From the NCBI RefSeq assembly GCF_040400975.1, contig NZ_JBBAPF010000012.1:27893-91892 (forward strand): a stretch of DNA of 64,000 nt, in the 5' to 3' direction. Numbering within the stretch: the first letter of the stretch is position 1; each line of letters starts with the position of its first letter. Below are positions 1 through 9,204 of this stretch, in pieces. The stretch is from Limnohabitans sp. (lineage in GTDB: Bacteria; Pseudomonadota; Gammaproteobacteria; Burkholderiales; Burkholderiaceae_C). Made by a program: the position numbers and the translations under genes. The notes below the pieces were generated by a model. It was not told where the DNA came from. It saw only the letters and a list, made by a program, of their open reading frames with translations, and made no database searches.

Positions 1-264
1 CAGCGGCACGGCTTTTTCGCCACGCTGCATGAGCGGCGCAATGGTGGGCAAGTCCAGACCGGCCGTGAAATGGTCGCCCGCCGCACACAGCACACCCACG
101 CGCAAGGCGGGGTCGTCGTCCAGCCGGGTGTAGGCCTCGCCCAGCTCGCGGAACATCTTGGGCGTGAAGCCGTTGCGCTTGGCCGGGCGGTTGATGCAAA
201 TTTGCAGGACTGCGCCGTGCACGCTGCAGTCGATCTGGCCTTCGGGGTGGGAGGTGGTGTTCAT
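1..264 (-). CDS. enoyl-CoA hydratase/isomerase (crotonase) family protein, N-terminal 88 codons only (gene runs off the left edge)
   Basis: Own translation of the minus strand from the ATG at 264: MNTTSHPEGQIDCSVHGAVLQICINRPAKRNGFTPKMFRELGEAYTRLDDDPALRVGVLCAAGDHFTAGLDL... This is a crotonase-fold N-terminal pattern (INRPxxRN ... G..FTAGLDL). It lies directly upstream of hbd. Confidence 0.6.
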   Translation of the reverse strand, partial: MNTTSHPEGQIDCSVHGAVLQICINRPAKRNGFTPKMFRELGEAYTRLDDDPALRVGVLCAAGDHFTAGLDLPTIAPLMQRGEKAVPL

Positions 265-318
265 GGTGGGGATGTTAGGCCGTCCATCACCCTGCACACG
301 TTCACACAAGTGACAAGC

Positions 319-1167
319 TCAGTACTTGTAAACACCCTGCCCGGTCTTGCGACCCAAACGGCCTGCAGCCACCATTTCCTTCAGCAGCGGGCTGGGGCGG
401 TATTTGCTGTCGCCGAACTCCTTGAGGTAGACCTCCATCACGGCCAAGCACACATCGAGGCCGATCATGTCGGCCAGCGCCAGCGGGCCAATGGGCTGGT
501 TGCAGCCGAGCTTCATGCCCGCGTCGATGGCTTCGGCTTCGGCCAAGCCCTCGCCCAGCACAAAGAAAGCTTCATTGATCATGGGCACCAGGATGCGGTT
601 GACCACAAAGCCAGGGGCGTTCTTCACGGTGATGGGCGTCTTGCCAAGCGCAAGCGCCATGTCGTGCACCGCGTCGTGCGTGGCGTCGCTGGTCTGCAGG
701 CCGCGAATGATTTCAACCAGCGCCATCATGGGCACGGGGTTGAAGAAGTGCATGCCAATGAAGCGGTCCGCACGCTGCGTGGCAGCGGCCAGTTGCGTGA
801 TCGAGATCGACGAGGTGTTGGACGCGATGATCACATTCGGGGCCAGCAGGCCGTCGAGCTGCTGCAAGATCTTGACCTTGAGCTCGTGGTTTTCGGTAGC
901 AGCCTCGATGACCAGCTGCGTACCCTTGAGGTCGTCGTAGCTGGTCGAGCCTTGAATGCGGGCCAGCGCTGCGGCCTTGTCGGCCTCGCTGATCTTTTCT
1001 TTGTTGACCAAGCGGTCCAGGCTTTTGCCCACCGTGGCCACGCCCTTGGCCACAGCCGCGTCCGAGATGTCGACCATCACCACCTGGATGCCCGACACCG
1101 CACACGCCTGTGCGATGCCATTGCCCATGGTGCCTGCGCCAATGATGCCTACGGTCTGGATGCTCAT
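319..1167 (-). CDS. hbd: 3-hydroxybutyryl-CoA / 3-hydroxyacyl-CoA dehydrogenase (NAD-binding)
   Basis: 282 aa. N-terminal Rossmann motif VGIIGAGTMGNGIA, then NTSS, HFFNPV and the C-terminal LGRKTGQGVYKY typical of Hbd/PaaH. Confidence 0.9.
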   Translation of the reverse strand: MSIQTVGIIGAGTMGNGIAQACAVSGIQVVMVDISDAAVAKGVATVGKSLDRLVNKEKISEADKAAALARIQGSTSYDDLKGTQLVIEAATENHELKVKILQQLDGLLAPNVIIASNTSSISITQLAAATQRADRFIGMHFFNPVPMMALVEIIRGLQTSDATHDAVHDMALALGKTPITVKNAPGFVVNRILVPMINEAFFVLGEGLAEAEAIDAGMKLGCNQPIGPLALADMIGLDVCLAVMEVYLKEFGDSKYRPSPLLKEMVAAGRLGRKTGQGVYKY

Positions 1168-1239
1168 GTTCGATCTTTCAATGAATGTATGGAGACAAAG
1201 GATTTATCTTAGCGGGTGAGCAGGGGCAGATTTCTGACG

Positions 1240-2046
1240 TCAATGCCTGAACCGCTTCCTCGTCAAGGCCAACGCAATCCAGAACGACACCCCTGCAAAT
1301 ATCGCCAGCACCCCCACCAGCCGCACAGGCTCGTCAGGCCAACGGTCCATGAACATGGGCCGCACCAGATCCACCGCCACCGACAGCGGCAACCAATCGG
1401 CGATCACGCGCACGAAGGCGGGCAGTTGCTCACGCGGAAAGAAGATGCCCGAGAGGAACATCATGGGCGTGAGAAACAGGGTGAAGTAGTAGGTGAAGAA
1501 GTCATAGCCTTTGGCCAACGCGTTGAAGATCAACGCCATGCAACTGAAGGTGATGCCCACGCCCAGCAGCACCGGCCAGGCCACCAGCAGCTTCCAGCTG
1601 TGGCTGATGCCCAAAGCGAGCATCACCACCAAAATGGCCGTGACGCTGAACAGCGCCTTGAAAGCGGCCCAGAGCATTTCGGCCAGCACCACGTCATCGA
1701 GGCGCACCGGGGCGTTCATGATGCCGTCCCAGGTTTTTTGCACATGCATGCGCGAAAACGCTGAATACAGCGCTTCAAAGGTGGCCGCGTTCATGGCGCT
1801 CATGCAGATGCTGCCGCTGGCCAAAAACAAGATGTAGGGCACCTTCTCGCCGCCCATCTCGACCTGCCCGATGAGCGCGCCCATGCCATAGCCAAAGGCC
1901 ACAAGCCACATGAGCGGCTCGGCGATGTTGCCCACCAAGCTGGGGATGGCCAGCTTTTTCCAAACCAGCCAGTTGCGCAAAAACACAGGCCACCAGCGCA
2001 TGGACAGGCGGGGCGCGGCCCAAATGTTGTTTTGGATTTGACTCAT
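1240..2046 (-). CDS. ABC-2 type transporter permease (NodJ-like)
   Basis: Polytopic hydrophobic protein. Start trimmed to MSQIQNN (ATG at 2046), 2 nt after the stop of the upstream ATPase gene. The longer ORF-track start would overlap that gene. Confidence 0.8.
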   Translation of the reverse strand: MSQIQNNIWAAPRLSMRWWPVFLRNWLVWKKLAIPSLVGNIAEPLMWLVAFGYGMGALIGQVEMGGEKVPYILFLASGSICMSAMNAATFEALYSAFSRMHVQKTWDGIMNAPVRLDDVVLAEMLWAAFKALFSVTAILVVMLALGISHSWKLLVAWPVLLGVGITFSCMALIFNALAKGYDFFTYYFTLFLTPMMFLSGIFFPREQLPAFVRVIADWLPLSVAVDLVRPMFMDRWPDEPVRLVGVLAIFAGVSFWIALALTRKRFRH

Positions 2047-2048
2047 GG

Positions 2049-2978
2049 TCAGCCTTCCTCTCGGATCTGCCGTCCGGTCAACTTCAAGAACAGGTCTTCC
2101 AGATTGGAAGGGCGGTGCAAAGTGCGCAGGGCGGGCCAAGCTTGCAGCGCCTGTATCAGCCCACGGCTGTCCAGGGTATAAAAGAACACAGTCTCGCCGC
2201 TGACTTCGACACGCCCAGCCAGCGCTTTCAATGCGGGCTCTTCCGCCAAGGCCACAGCGCCTTGACCAAACACCTCGACCACTTCGGGCTCCAGGTGCTC
2301 AGCGATCAAATCGCGGGGCTTGCCCTCGGCGATCTTGCGCCCATGGTCCAGCACCAAGAGGCGACCACACAGGCGCTCGGCCTCGTCCATGAAGTGGGTG
2401 GTGAGCAAGATGGACTTGCCTTCTTGCAGCAGCACCTGGAGCCGCTCCCACATGAGGTGACGCGCCTGAGGGTCCAGGCCTGTGGTGGGCTCGTCCAGCA
2501 TCAAGAGCTGCGGCTGGTTGATGAGCGCACGCGACAAACTCAAGCGCCGCTTCATGCCGCCCGACAACTCGCCGGGCTTGGCCTTGGCTTTGTGGCTCAG
2601 AGCCCCAAATTCGAGCAGCTGCGGAATGCGCTCGCGGATCACGGCGTCGGGCAGGCCAAAGTAGCGACCAAAGACCAGCAGGTTTTCTTCCGCCGTGAAA
2701 TCCGGGTCCAACGTGTCCATCTGCGCGACTACGCCCAAGCGGGCCTTGATGGACAAGGCGTCTTGGGGCATTTGCAATCCGTCGAAATAGCGGATGGCGC
2801 CACCATCGGGCTGAGACAAACCCAGGCACATGCGCAGCGTGGTGGTTTTGCCCGCCCCGTTGGGGCCGATCACGCCCAGACATTCGCCAGGCTCGATGTG
2901 GAAGGACAGGTCATTGACCACCGTGGCATCGCCGTAGCGTTTGACCAGGTGTTCGACCGAAAGCAATGGGGTATTCAT
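2049..2978 (-). CDS. ABC transporter ATP-binding protein (NodI-like)
   Basis: Walker A GPNGAGKTT, ABC signature LSGGMKRRL, Walker B LLMLDEPTTGLD. Start trimmed to MNTPLLSVEHL (ATG at 2978). The 180-aa N-terminal extension in the ORF track is antisense to psd and was discarded. Confidence 0.9.
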   Translation of the reverse strand: MNTPLLSVEHLVKRYGDATVVNDLSFHIEPGECLGVIGPNGAGKTTTLRMCLGLSQPDGGAIRYFDGLQMPQDALSIKARLGVVAQMDTLDPDFTAEENLLVFGRYFGLPDAVIRERIPQLLEFGALSHKAKAKPGELSGGMKRRLSLSRALINQPQLLMLDEPTTGLDPQARHLMWERLQVLLQEGKSILLTTHFMDEAERLCGRLLVLDHGRKIAEGKPRDLIAEHLEPEVVEVFGQGAVALAEEPALKALAGRVEVSGETVFFYTLDSRGLIQALQAWPALRTLHRPSNLEDLFLKLTGRQIREEG

Positions 2979-3071
2979 GTCGGAATTGTGCCTGTGGCCG
3001 CTTGCCCGAGCGCCGTGACGGGTGACCGATAAAATCACGACCTTGTCTTGATCCGCCCCAGCGGCCCTCTC

Positions 3072-3932
3072 ATGTCCCCTTCTTTTTCTGACCGCTTGGC
3101 GGTTTTGCCGCAATACCTGATCCCCAAACAAGCCCTGACCGCTTTTGCAGGCTGGGTGGCGGGCAGCCAATGGGGCAGCGCCACCACTGGCATCATCAAT
3201 TGGTTTGTCAAGCGTTACAACGTGAACATGCTGGAGGCCGCCAACCCGGACACGGCCAGCTACAAGAGCTTCAACGAATTCTTCACCCGCCCGCTCAAGG
3301 CCAGCGCACGCCCCTTGGCTGCCGCTGCCTATGTCAGCCCGGTGGACGGGGCCATCAGCCAATGCGGCCCGATTGAAGGCGACCAGGTGTTTCAGGCCAA
3401 GGGGCACAGCTACAGCACCCGCGCCCTGGTGGGTGGCGATGCGGCGCTGGCCGCGCAGTTTCAAGACGGCAAATTTGCCACGCTGTACCTGAGTCCGCGC
3501 GACTACCACCGCATCCACATGCCTTGTGCGGGGCGCCTGACGCGCATGATTTATGTGCCGGGTGATTTGTTCTCGGTCAACCCGACCACGGCCCGCGGCG
3601 TGCCGGGTTTGTTTGCCCGCAACGAGCGCGTGGTGTGCGTGTTTGAAGGGCTACACGGTCCGTTCGTGATGGTGTTGGTGGGCGCGACCATTGTGGGCAG
3701 CATGGCCACGGTGTGGCACGGCGTGGTCAACCCACCACGCCCCGGTACAGTGCGTGAATGGACTTATGAGATGGGCAGCATCAGTTTGACGCAGGGTGAA
3801 GAAATGGGGCGCTTCTTGCTCGGCTCTACCGTGGTGATGTTGTTCCCCAAGGGTGTGATGCAATTCAACCCCGGCTGGGCACCGACGCGACCCATCGTCA
3901 TGGGCGAGGGGATGGGCAAGGAAAGAGGCTAA
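3072..3932 (+). CDS. psd: phosphatidylserine decarboxylase proenzyme
   Basis: YHRIHMP motif and the LGSTVV self-cleavage (G-S-T) site near the C-terminus. ATG at 3072 preferred over the TTG at 3048. Confidence 0.9.
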   Translation: MSPSFSDRLAVLPQYLIPKQALTAFAGWVAGSQWGSATTGIINWFVKRYNVNMLEAANPDTASYKSFNEFFTRPLKASARPLAAAAYVSPVDGAISQCGPIEGDQVFQAKGHSYSTRALVGGDAALAAQFQDGKFATLYLSPRDYHRIHMPCAGRLTRMIYVPGDLFSVNPTTARGVPGLFARNERVVCVFEGLHGPFVMVLVGATIVGSMATVWHGVVNPPRPGTVREWTYEMGSISLTQGEEMGRFLLGSTVVMLFPKGVMQFNPGWAPTRPIVMGEGMGKERG

Positions 3933-3951
3933 GCCAGGCCGCTGGCCAATT

Positions 3952-4791
3952 TCAAGCTTGCGCCACTTTGAGCGCCAACACCAGATCGGCCCAAGCTTTG
4001 GCCTTGTCAGCCGGCGTGCGCAGCAAATTCGTGGGGTGGTAAGTCACCACCACGGGCACCCCTTGGAAATCGTGCACCGTGCCCCGCAGTTTGCCCATGG
4101 GCTCGGTGCTGCCCAAGAGGCTCTGGATGGCAAAACGGCCCATGGCCAAAATCACCTTGGGTTGGGCCAGTGCCACTTGGCGTGACAAATAGCCGGCACA
4201 CACCGCCAACTCGGTGGCTTCGGGGTTGCGCCCGGCAGGCGGGCGACATTTGACAGCGCAGGTCAGGTAGGCCTCGACCCAAGGCGCTTGGCCCTGCGCA
4301 GGCGGCAGACCTTGGCGGCGCACGCCCACGGCTTTGAGCATGTTGTCGAGCAACACCCCCTCTGGGCCGGTGAAAGGCAAACCCTGTTGATCGTCCTCTG
4401 GCAAGGGCAAATCGCCCACCACCATCCAGTCGGCCTGTGCTGCAGCAGCGCCCCACACGGGGGTCTGGCGAGCAGCGCTCAAAGCACAAGACTGGCACGC
4501 TTTGACCGCAGCCTGCAAGCTATCCCAGTCCATGTTTGACACGCCCTCTGGCAAGGGCTTGGATGCCACGCCGGACGGTGTCGCAGCCGTGGCCTTCTGC
4601 TCGCTGGATGTGGCGCTGGCCGCTGGCCGCTGGGGCCGGGGTACTGAGGGCGCCTGAGTCATTGCCGGGGTCTGGACAGGCTCGGCTTGAACCGATTCAT
4701 GGGCGGTTGGCGGCCACCACACGCGCACGCCCATTTCGGCCAGCATGGCGCGTTGGCGGTCGTCCAGGTCAAATCGGGTGGGGTCGCTCAT
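3952..4791 (-). CDS. uracil-DNA glycosylase, family 4
   Basis: CQSCAL...MVVGDLPLPEDDQQGLPFTGPEGVLLDNML...HPTNLLR, the family-4 UDG motifs. Last gene of the conserved tsaB-rimI-udg arrangement. Confidence 0.85.
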   Translation of the reverse strand: MSDPTRFDLDDRQRAMLAEMGVRVWWPPTAHESVQAEPVQTPAMTQAPSVPRPQRPAASATSSEQKATAATPSGVASKPLPEGVSNMDWDSLQAAVKACQSCALSAARQTPVWGAAAAQADWMVVGDLPLPEDDQQGLPFTGPEGVLLDNMLKAVGVRRQGLPPAQGQAPWVEAYLTCAVKCRPPAGRNPEATELAVCAGYLSRQVALAQPKVILAMGRFAIQSLLGSTEPMGKLRGTVHDFQGVPVVVTYHPTNLLRTPADKAKAWADLVLALKVAQA

Positions 4792-4798
4792 GTGGGGC

Positions 4799-5308
4799 TC
4801 ACAGTTTCAAACTCATCACCACAGCGTGTTCACGCTGCAGCCGGCCTGCAGGATAGTAATCCTTGCGGATGCTGATCTGCTTAAAGCCATACCGCTCATA
4901 AACCTGCAAAGCACGCAGGTTGCTTTGGCGTACTTCCAGCCAAAGCCACAAAGCACCCTCTTGGCGCGACATGAGGGACAAGGCGTCCAGCATCATGTGT
5001 CCCCAGCCCAGCCCTTGGTGTGCAGGCGCCACCGTGATGTTGAGCAAGTGCATTTCTTCCACGCCGCGCATGGCCAAAAAATAACCCAACAATTCACCGT
5101 CCAGCCACAGGCATTGGGCGTCAAACAGCGGGTTGAGAGAGTCCCGAAAATTGCCCAGCGTCCAAGGGTGGCTGTAAGCGGTTTGCTCGATGGCGATGAC
5201 CTTGTCCAAGTCGCTCTGTGTCATGGGGACCAAAGTGACGCGGTTGCGCGTTGCTTCGGTCGGCCGATGACGGCTCAAAGCTTTGTCGAGTTTCATGCCC
5301 GAGCTCAT
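4799..5308 (-). CDS. rimI: ribosomal-protein-alanine N-acetyltransferase (GNAT)
   Basis: GNAT fold motifs (HLLNITVAPAHQGLGWG). ATGA overlap with the tsaB stop. The start could instead be an internal Met. Confidence 0.8.
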   Translation of the reverse strand: MSSGMKLDKALSRHRPTEATRNRVTLVPMTQSDLDKVIAIEQTAYSHPWTLGNFRDSLNPLFDAQCLWLDGELLGYFLAMRGVEEMHLLNITVAPAHQGLGWGHMMLDALSLMSRQEGALWLWLEVRQSNLRALQVYERYGFKQISIRKDYYPAGRLQREHAVVMSLKL

Positions 5309-6123
5309 GACTGCGCTGTGGCTTGGCCCTGATGGGCTTGCAAAGCCAAGGCCTTCAGAGCTTCTCGCTCGGCGGTGGTGTTGGCCACCTTGTCGCGGAT
5401 GTACAGCGGCATGGCCTGCTCAGCGGGCACGGCCAGTCCCTGCGCCCACAAAGCAGGCGCCAGGCGCAGCAAAGCCGAAGCGGTGGGGAAGGCCTCACAC
5501 CGCAGGGCTTGGGCCAATGCAGAGGGCAAGCGCTCGCCATAGGCCGCAAATGCATTGCCGGCCAAGTACAGCGCTGGATCCATTGGCAGCACTTGAACTT
5601 TTTCGGGGGCCGACACTTGCAAGGGCGAAGCTTCGCGCCATTGCCCATGCTGCTGCTCAGGCAGCCGCTGCCAGGTGTACGCGGCGCTGTACACCTCGTC
5701 CATGCGGGCGTCCAGCAGCGCCAGCACAGTCAACTCGTTGATCTCGCCTGGCGATGGGGATGCAGCGTCATAGAAGCCTGCCTGCAGCCGAGCCCAGCGG
5801 GCCTCTTCGGCCACCGCCATCAAGGTGTCTACGGGCAAAACCGGCACATCCACGCCAAAAGCCAAACCCTGGGCCACGGCACAGGCGGTGCGCAAACCCG
5901 TGAACGAGCCTGGCCCCCGACCAAAAACGATGGCCTCCAGCGAAGCCAGCGGCATCTCGGCCTCGGCCAGCATGGCCAACACCGCGGGAATCAAGTTGCT
6001 CGAGGCCTGTGCGCCGCCGGGCAAGGTTTGCGTCCAAATTTGGTCTCCGCGTGCCACGCCCAAAGACAAGACATCGGTGCTGGTGTCAAAAGCCAGCCAA
6101 CGGCGCTCCGATGCCACACTCAT
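5305..6123 (-). CDS. tsaB: tRNA threonylcarbamoyladenosine biosynthesis protein TsaB
   Basis: LAFDTSTDVLSLGV ... GRGPGSFTGLRTACAVAQGLAFG, characteristic of TsaB/YeaZ. Confidence 0.85.
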   Translation of the reverse strand: MSVASERRWLAFDTSTDVLSLGVARGDQIWTQTLPGGAQASSNLIPAVLAMLAEAEMPLASLEAIVFGRGPGSFTGLRTACAVAQGLAFGVDVPVLPVDTLMAVAEEARWARLQAGFYDAASPSPGEINELTVLALLDARMDEVYSAAYTWQRLPEQQHGQWREASPLQVSAPEKVQVLPMDPALYLAGNAFAAYGERLPSALAQALRCEAFPTASALLRLAPALWAQGLAVPAEQAMPLYIRDKVANTTAEREALKALALQAHQGQATAQS

Positions 6124-7133
6124 GGCTGACCTCCGGTCTGCGGCGGTGCGCTTACGTGGGCAGGGGCAGGGCTGGTGTCGGATTTTTTGGCCTGCCTCAC
6201 ACCGAACAAGATACCGCCGGTCACCAACGCCAGCCCGGCCAGCAAATTCCAGTGCATGGGCTCACCCAAAAACCAAACCGCCCCCAGCGCCGACAAGCCC
6301 GGCACCAGCGCCGTGATCATGGTTGAGCGCACCGGACCGTAATAGCGGACCATCTGCGTGAAGGTGATGCCTGAAATGACAACCGAGCCCACGCCTTGAA
6401 ACACCGCCTGGAACAGGATTTCGGACCATGGCGCTTGGTGCAGTTGCGTGGGCAAGATGGACAAACCCACCAACACGGCAAACAAGGGCACAAAACACAC
6501 AAAGGCAAAGGCCGTGATGGCCATGGTGGCGCGCACCGCATCAAAACCATGGCGTCGCACCAGCACGCTGTAGCTGGCCCAGCACATGGCGGCGGTCATG
6601 AACAGCAAGTCACCCTTCCAGACCTCACCGCCATCAAAAGCCATGAGCAAACTCGCACCCCCCACCAGCACATCGCCCAGCACGATGAAGCCCAGGCCCA
6701 AGGCACGAGTAGCGGCCACTTTTTCGCGCAAAAACAGCCAGGCCAACAAGGTGGTCCACAAAGGCAAGCTGCCGGGCATGAGCACCGACGCGTGCGAGGC
6801 TGGTGCATAAAAGAAACCGGTGTAAGCCAAGATGGCGTACAAAAACCCACCCAAGAAACCGGTTTGCACCGTTTGGCGCAAAGGCAGGGGCGACAAGCCC
6901 CACAAAGAACCCACCTGTTCACCCGCCCGACGAGCCGGACGCATCAGCCACCAAGCCCAAGGCAGCAGCACCGCGCTGGCCCCCAAGATGCGGGCCAGCG
7001 CAATGTCCAGGGGCAGCAAACCCCGCGATGCAGACGCTCGCGCAATGACAATGAAACCGGTCCAGATGAGCACCGTGATGACCGCAGAAGCCAGCCCCAC
7101 GGTTTTTGAAGAAAATCGCATGGCCCGAATCAT
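6120..7133 (-). CDS. DMT superfamily (EamA-type) transporter
   Basis: About 10 hydrophobic helices in two EamA-like halves. 4-nt overlap with tsaB. Start uncertain. Confidence 0.7.
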   Translation of the reverse strand: MIRAMRFSSKTVGLASAVITVLIWTGFIVIARASASRGLLPLDIALARILGASAVLLPWAWWLMRPARRAGEQVGSLWGLSPLPLRQTVQTGFLGGFLYAILAYTGFFYAPASHASVLMPGSLPLWTTLLAWLFLREKVAATRALGLGFIVLGDVLVGGASLLMAFDGGEVWKGDLLFMTAAMCWASYSVLVRRHGFDAVRATMAITAFAFVCFVPLFAVLVGLSILPTQLHQAPWSEILFQAVFQGVGSVVISGITFTQMVRYYGPVRSTMITALVPGLSALGAVWFLGEPMHWNLLAGLALVTGGILFGVRQAKKSDTSPAPAHVSAPPQTGGQP

Positions 7134-7188
7134 AGTGCCCCGAGGGCGACACCCCGGTCCACGGGTAGGGGCGGGTTAGACTCACCCG

Positions 7189-8796
7189 ATGACTTTGACC
7201 CGTCCCCCTCACCCTTGGACAACGCTCAAGCCATGGGGCTTCGGGGTTTTGCTGCTGGCCGCTTTGGGCGCATCCCAGGCCGCGTCTGCAACGGCCGCCA
7301 CCAAGGCCACGGCATCCGAAGAAAGCGCAGCTTCAACGGGCCGTGCACCCCAAGCCGATCTGCCCCCCGGTATTTTGAAAATCTTGCGCCAAGCGCAGGT
7401 GCCCCCATCGGCATTGAGTGTGTTGATCGCGCCTTTGCTTGCCGACGCCAAAGCATCGCAAGCGGCGGCACCGCGTTTGTCCCACCACGCCCAAAGCAGC
7501 GTCAACCCGGCATCGGTCATGAAGCTGTTCACCACCTACGCAGGCCTGAGCCTGCTCGGGCCTGAGCACACTTGGCGCAACCGCATCTACACCGATGGCC
7601 CTGTACGGGACGGTGTGTTGCAAGGCAACCTGATTGTGCGAGGCAGCGGCGACCCCAAGTTGGTGGTCGAGCGCCTGCAAGATTTGCTCAAGCAAGTGCA
7701 AGCTGCGGGCGTTCGGGAGGTGCGGGGTGACATCGTGCTCGACCGCAGCGTGTTTGATGTGCGCGAGCGCAGCGAACCTTTTGACGACGAGCCCCTGCGC
7801 CCCTACAACGTGGGACCCGATGGCTTGCTGCTCAATTTCAAAGCCGTGATTTACACTTTCACACCCGACCCGGCCAACGGCCAGGTGCAGGTGCGTTTTG
7901 AGCCCCCGTTGGCGGGTCTGTCGGTCACCAGCAAACTGCCTTTGACCTCATCCCCTTGCACCGACTGGCGACGCCAGTTGCAGGCTGACTTCAGCCAACC
8001 GCTGCAGGTTCGGTTTGCCGGAGGCTACCCCGCCAGTTGTGGCGAGCGGGAATGGCCCGTGGCTTTTCCGGACCCCGCCCAATACGCCCCGCGTGTGTTG
8101 CAGGCCCTGTGGGCTGGCGCGGGCGGACAACTGAGCGGACAGGTGCGCTACGGTGCACGCCCAGCCCAGGCCCGTTTGCTGGTGGATGCACCCTCCTTGC
8201 CGCTGTCGGAAGTGATCAAGGACATCAACAAGTTCTCCAACAACGTGATGGCCCAGCAGCTGTACCTCTCGCTGTCGAGCGAACTGGGAGCGCCCGGGCG
8301 CTTTGAAGCCTCACGCCTGCGCATGTCCCAGTGGTGGCGGCATGGCTTTCCCGCGCAAAGCGAACCGGTGCTGGACAACGGCTCCGGCCTGTCGCGCACC
8401 GAGCGCAGCACGGCGCAAGCTTTGACCGCCTTGTTGCAGGCAGCCCACGCGGGGCCTCATGCCCAGGCCTTCACCGACTCCTTGGCGGTGGCGGGCGTGG
8501 ATGGCACGGCCGCTCGCCTGAAAGAGCGCAACCCCCAATCGCCTGTGATCGGCAATGCCTGGCTGAAAACCGGCTCGCTGCGCGATGTGGCTTCGGTGGC
8601 CGGCTATGTGCAAGGCCAAAGTGGCCAGCGCTACACCCTGGTCGCGGTGCTGCACCACCCCAACGCCCACCAAGCGCGGGCCGCGCTCGACCAGTTGCTG
8701 GAATGGACGGTGCGCGACCTGGATTCGACCACGGCCAGCCGCCGCGCCCGCTCAAGCCATGACCGCAACGCCGCACCAAGCGGCACGACGCGATAA
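7189..8796 (+). CDS. dacB: D-alanyl-D-alanine carboxypeptidase/endopeptidase (PBP4 family)
   Basis: Signal peptide. SVMKLFT (SxxK) active-site motif, SNN motif (KFSNNVMAQ) and KTGS motif (LKTGSL). Confidence 0.85.
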   Translation: MTLTRPPHPWTTLKPWGFGVLLLAALGASQAASATAATKATASEESAASTGRAPQADLPPGILKILRQAQVPPSALSVLIAPLLADAKASQAAAPRLSHHAQSSVNPASVMKLFTTYAGLSLLGPEHTWRNRIYTDGPVRDGVLQGNLIVRGSGDPKLVVERLQDLLKQVQAAGVREVRGDIVLDRSVFDVRERSEPFDDEPLRPYNVGPDGLLLNFKAVIYTFTPDPANGQVQVRFEPPLAGLSVTSKLPLTSSPCTDWRRQLQADFSQPLQVRFAGGYPASCGEREWPVAFPDPAQYAPRVLQALWAGAGGQLSGQVRYGARPAQARLLVDAPSLPLSEVIKDINKFSNNVMAQQLYLSLSSELGAPGRFEASRLRMSQWWRHGFPAQSEPVLDNGSGLSRTERSTAQALTALLQAAHAGPHAQAFTDSLAVAGVDGTAARLKERNPQSPVIGNAWLKTGSLRDVASVAGYVQGQSGQRYTLVAVLHHPNAHQARAALDQLLEWTVRDLDSTTASRRARSSHDRNAAPSGTTR

Positions 8797-8832
8797 GACC
8801 CCAAAGACAGATCTCTCCTAAGGACTTGGACC

Positions 8833-9087
8833 ATGAATTTGATCGACTGGGTGGGCTCTGTGGCCGCCTTTCTCACCACGGCCAGCTTCATACCGCAGGC
8901 TTGGCAAACTTTTCGCACCCGCGACGTGAGCGGCATCTCGCTGGGCATGTACAGCCTGTTCACCTCAGGGGTGGCGCTGTGGCTGGTCTACGGCATCTTG
9001 ATGGTGGCCTGGCCCATCATCATCGCCAACGTCATCACCACCAGCCTGGCGCTGATGATTTTGGTGATGAAGCTGCGGTACCGCTGA
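8833..9087 (+). CDS. SemiSWEET / PQ-loop family small membrane transporter
   Basis: 84 aa, three TM helices, PQ motif (FIPQAWQTFRTRDVSGISL). Confidence 0.75.
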   Translation: MNLIDWVGSVAAFLTTASFIPQAWQTFRTRDVSGISLGMYSLFTSGVALWLVYGILMVAWPIIIANVITTSLALMILVMKLRYR

Positions 9088-9204
9088 GCTTCAAGGGATA
9101 CCGGTAAATGGGTATTAACCCCATGGCTCACAAGGGATACAAGCCTTAGGATTTATCGAAATCGCACGGTCGTTCGATTTTACAAATCAAAAGGAGACTC
9201 CCAT

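Noticed and set aside
70-1212. 380-aa plus-strand ORF covering the hbd locus
   Set aside because: Antisense shadow ORF typical of high-GC DNA. Its Arg/Ala/Gly/His-rich translation has no motifs, whereas the minus-strand ORF is an unmistakable Hbd.
2979-3518. 5' extension of the ABC ATPase ORF
   Set aside because: It overlaps psd on the opposite strand and has no homology-like features. The ATPase sequence starts at MNTPLLSVEHL.
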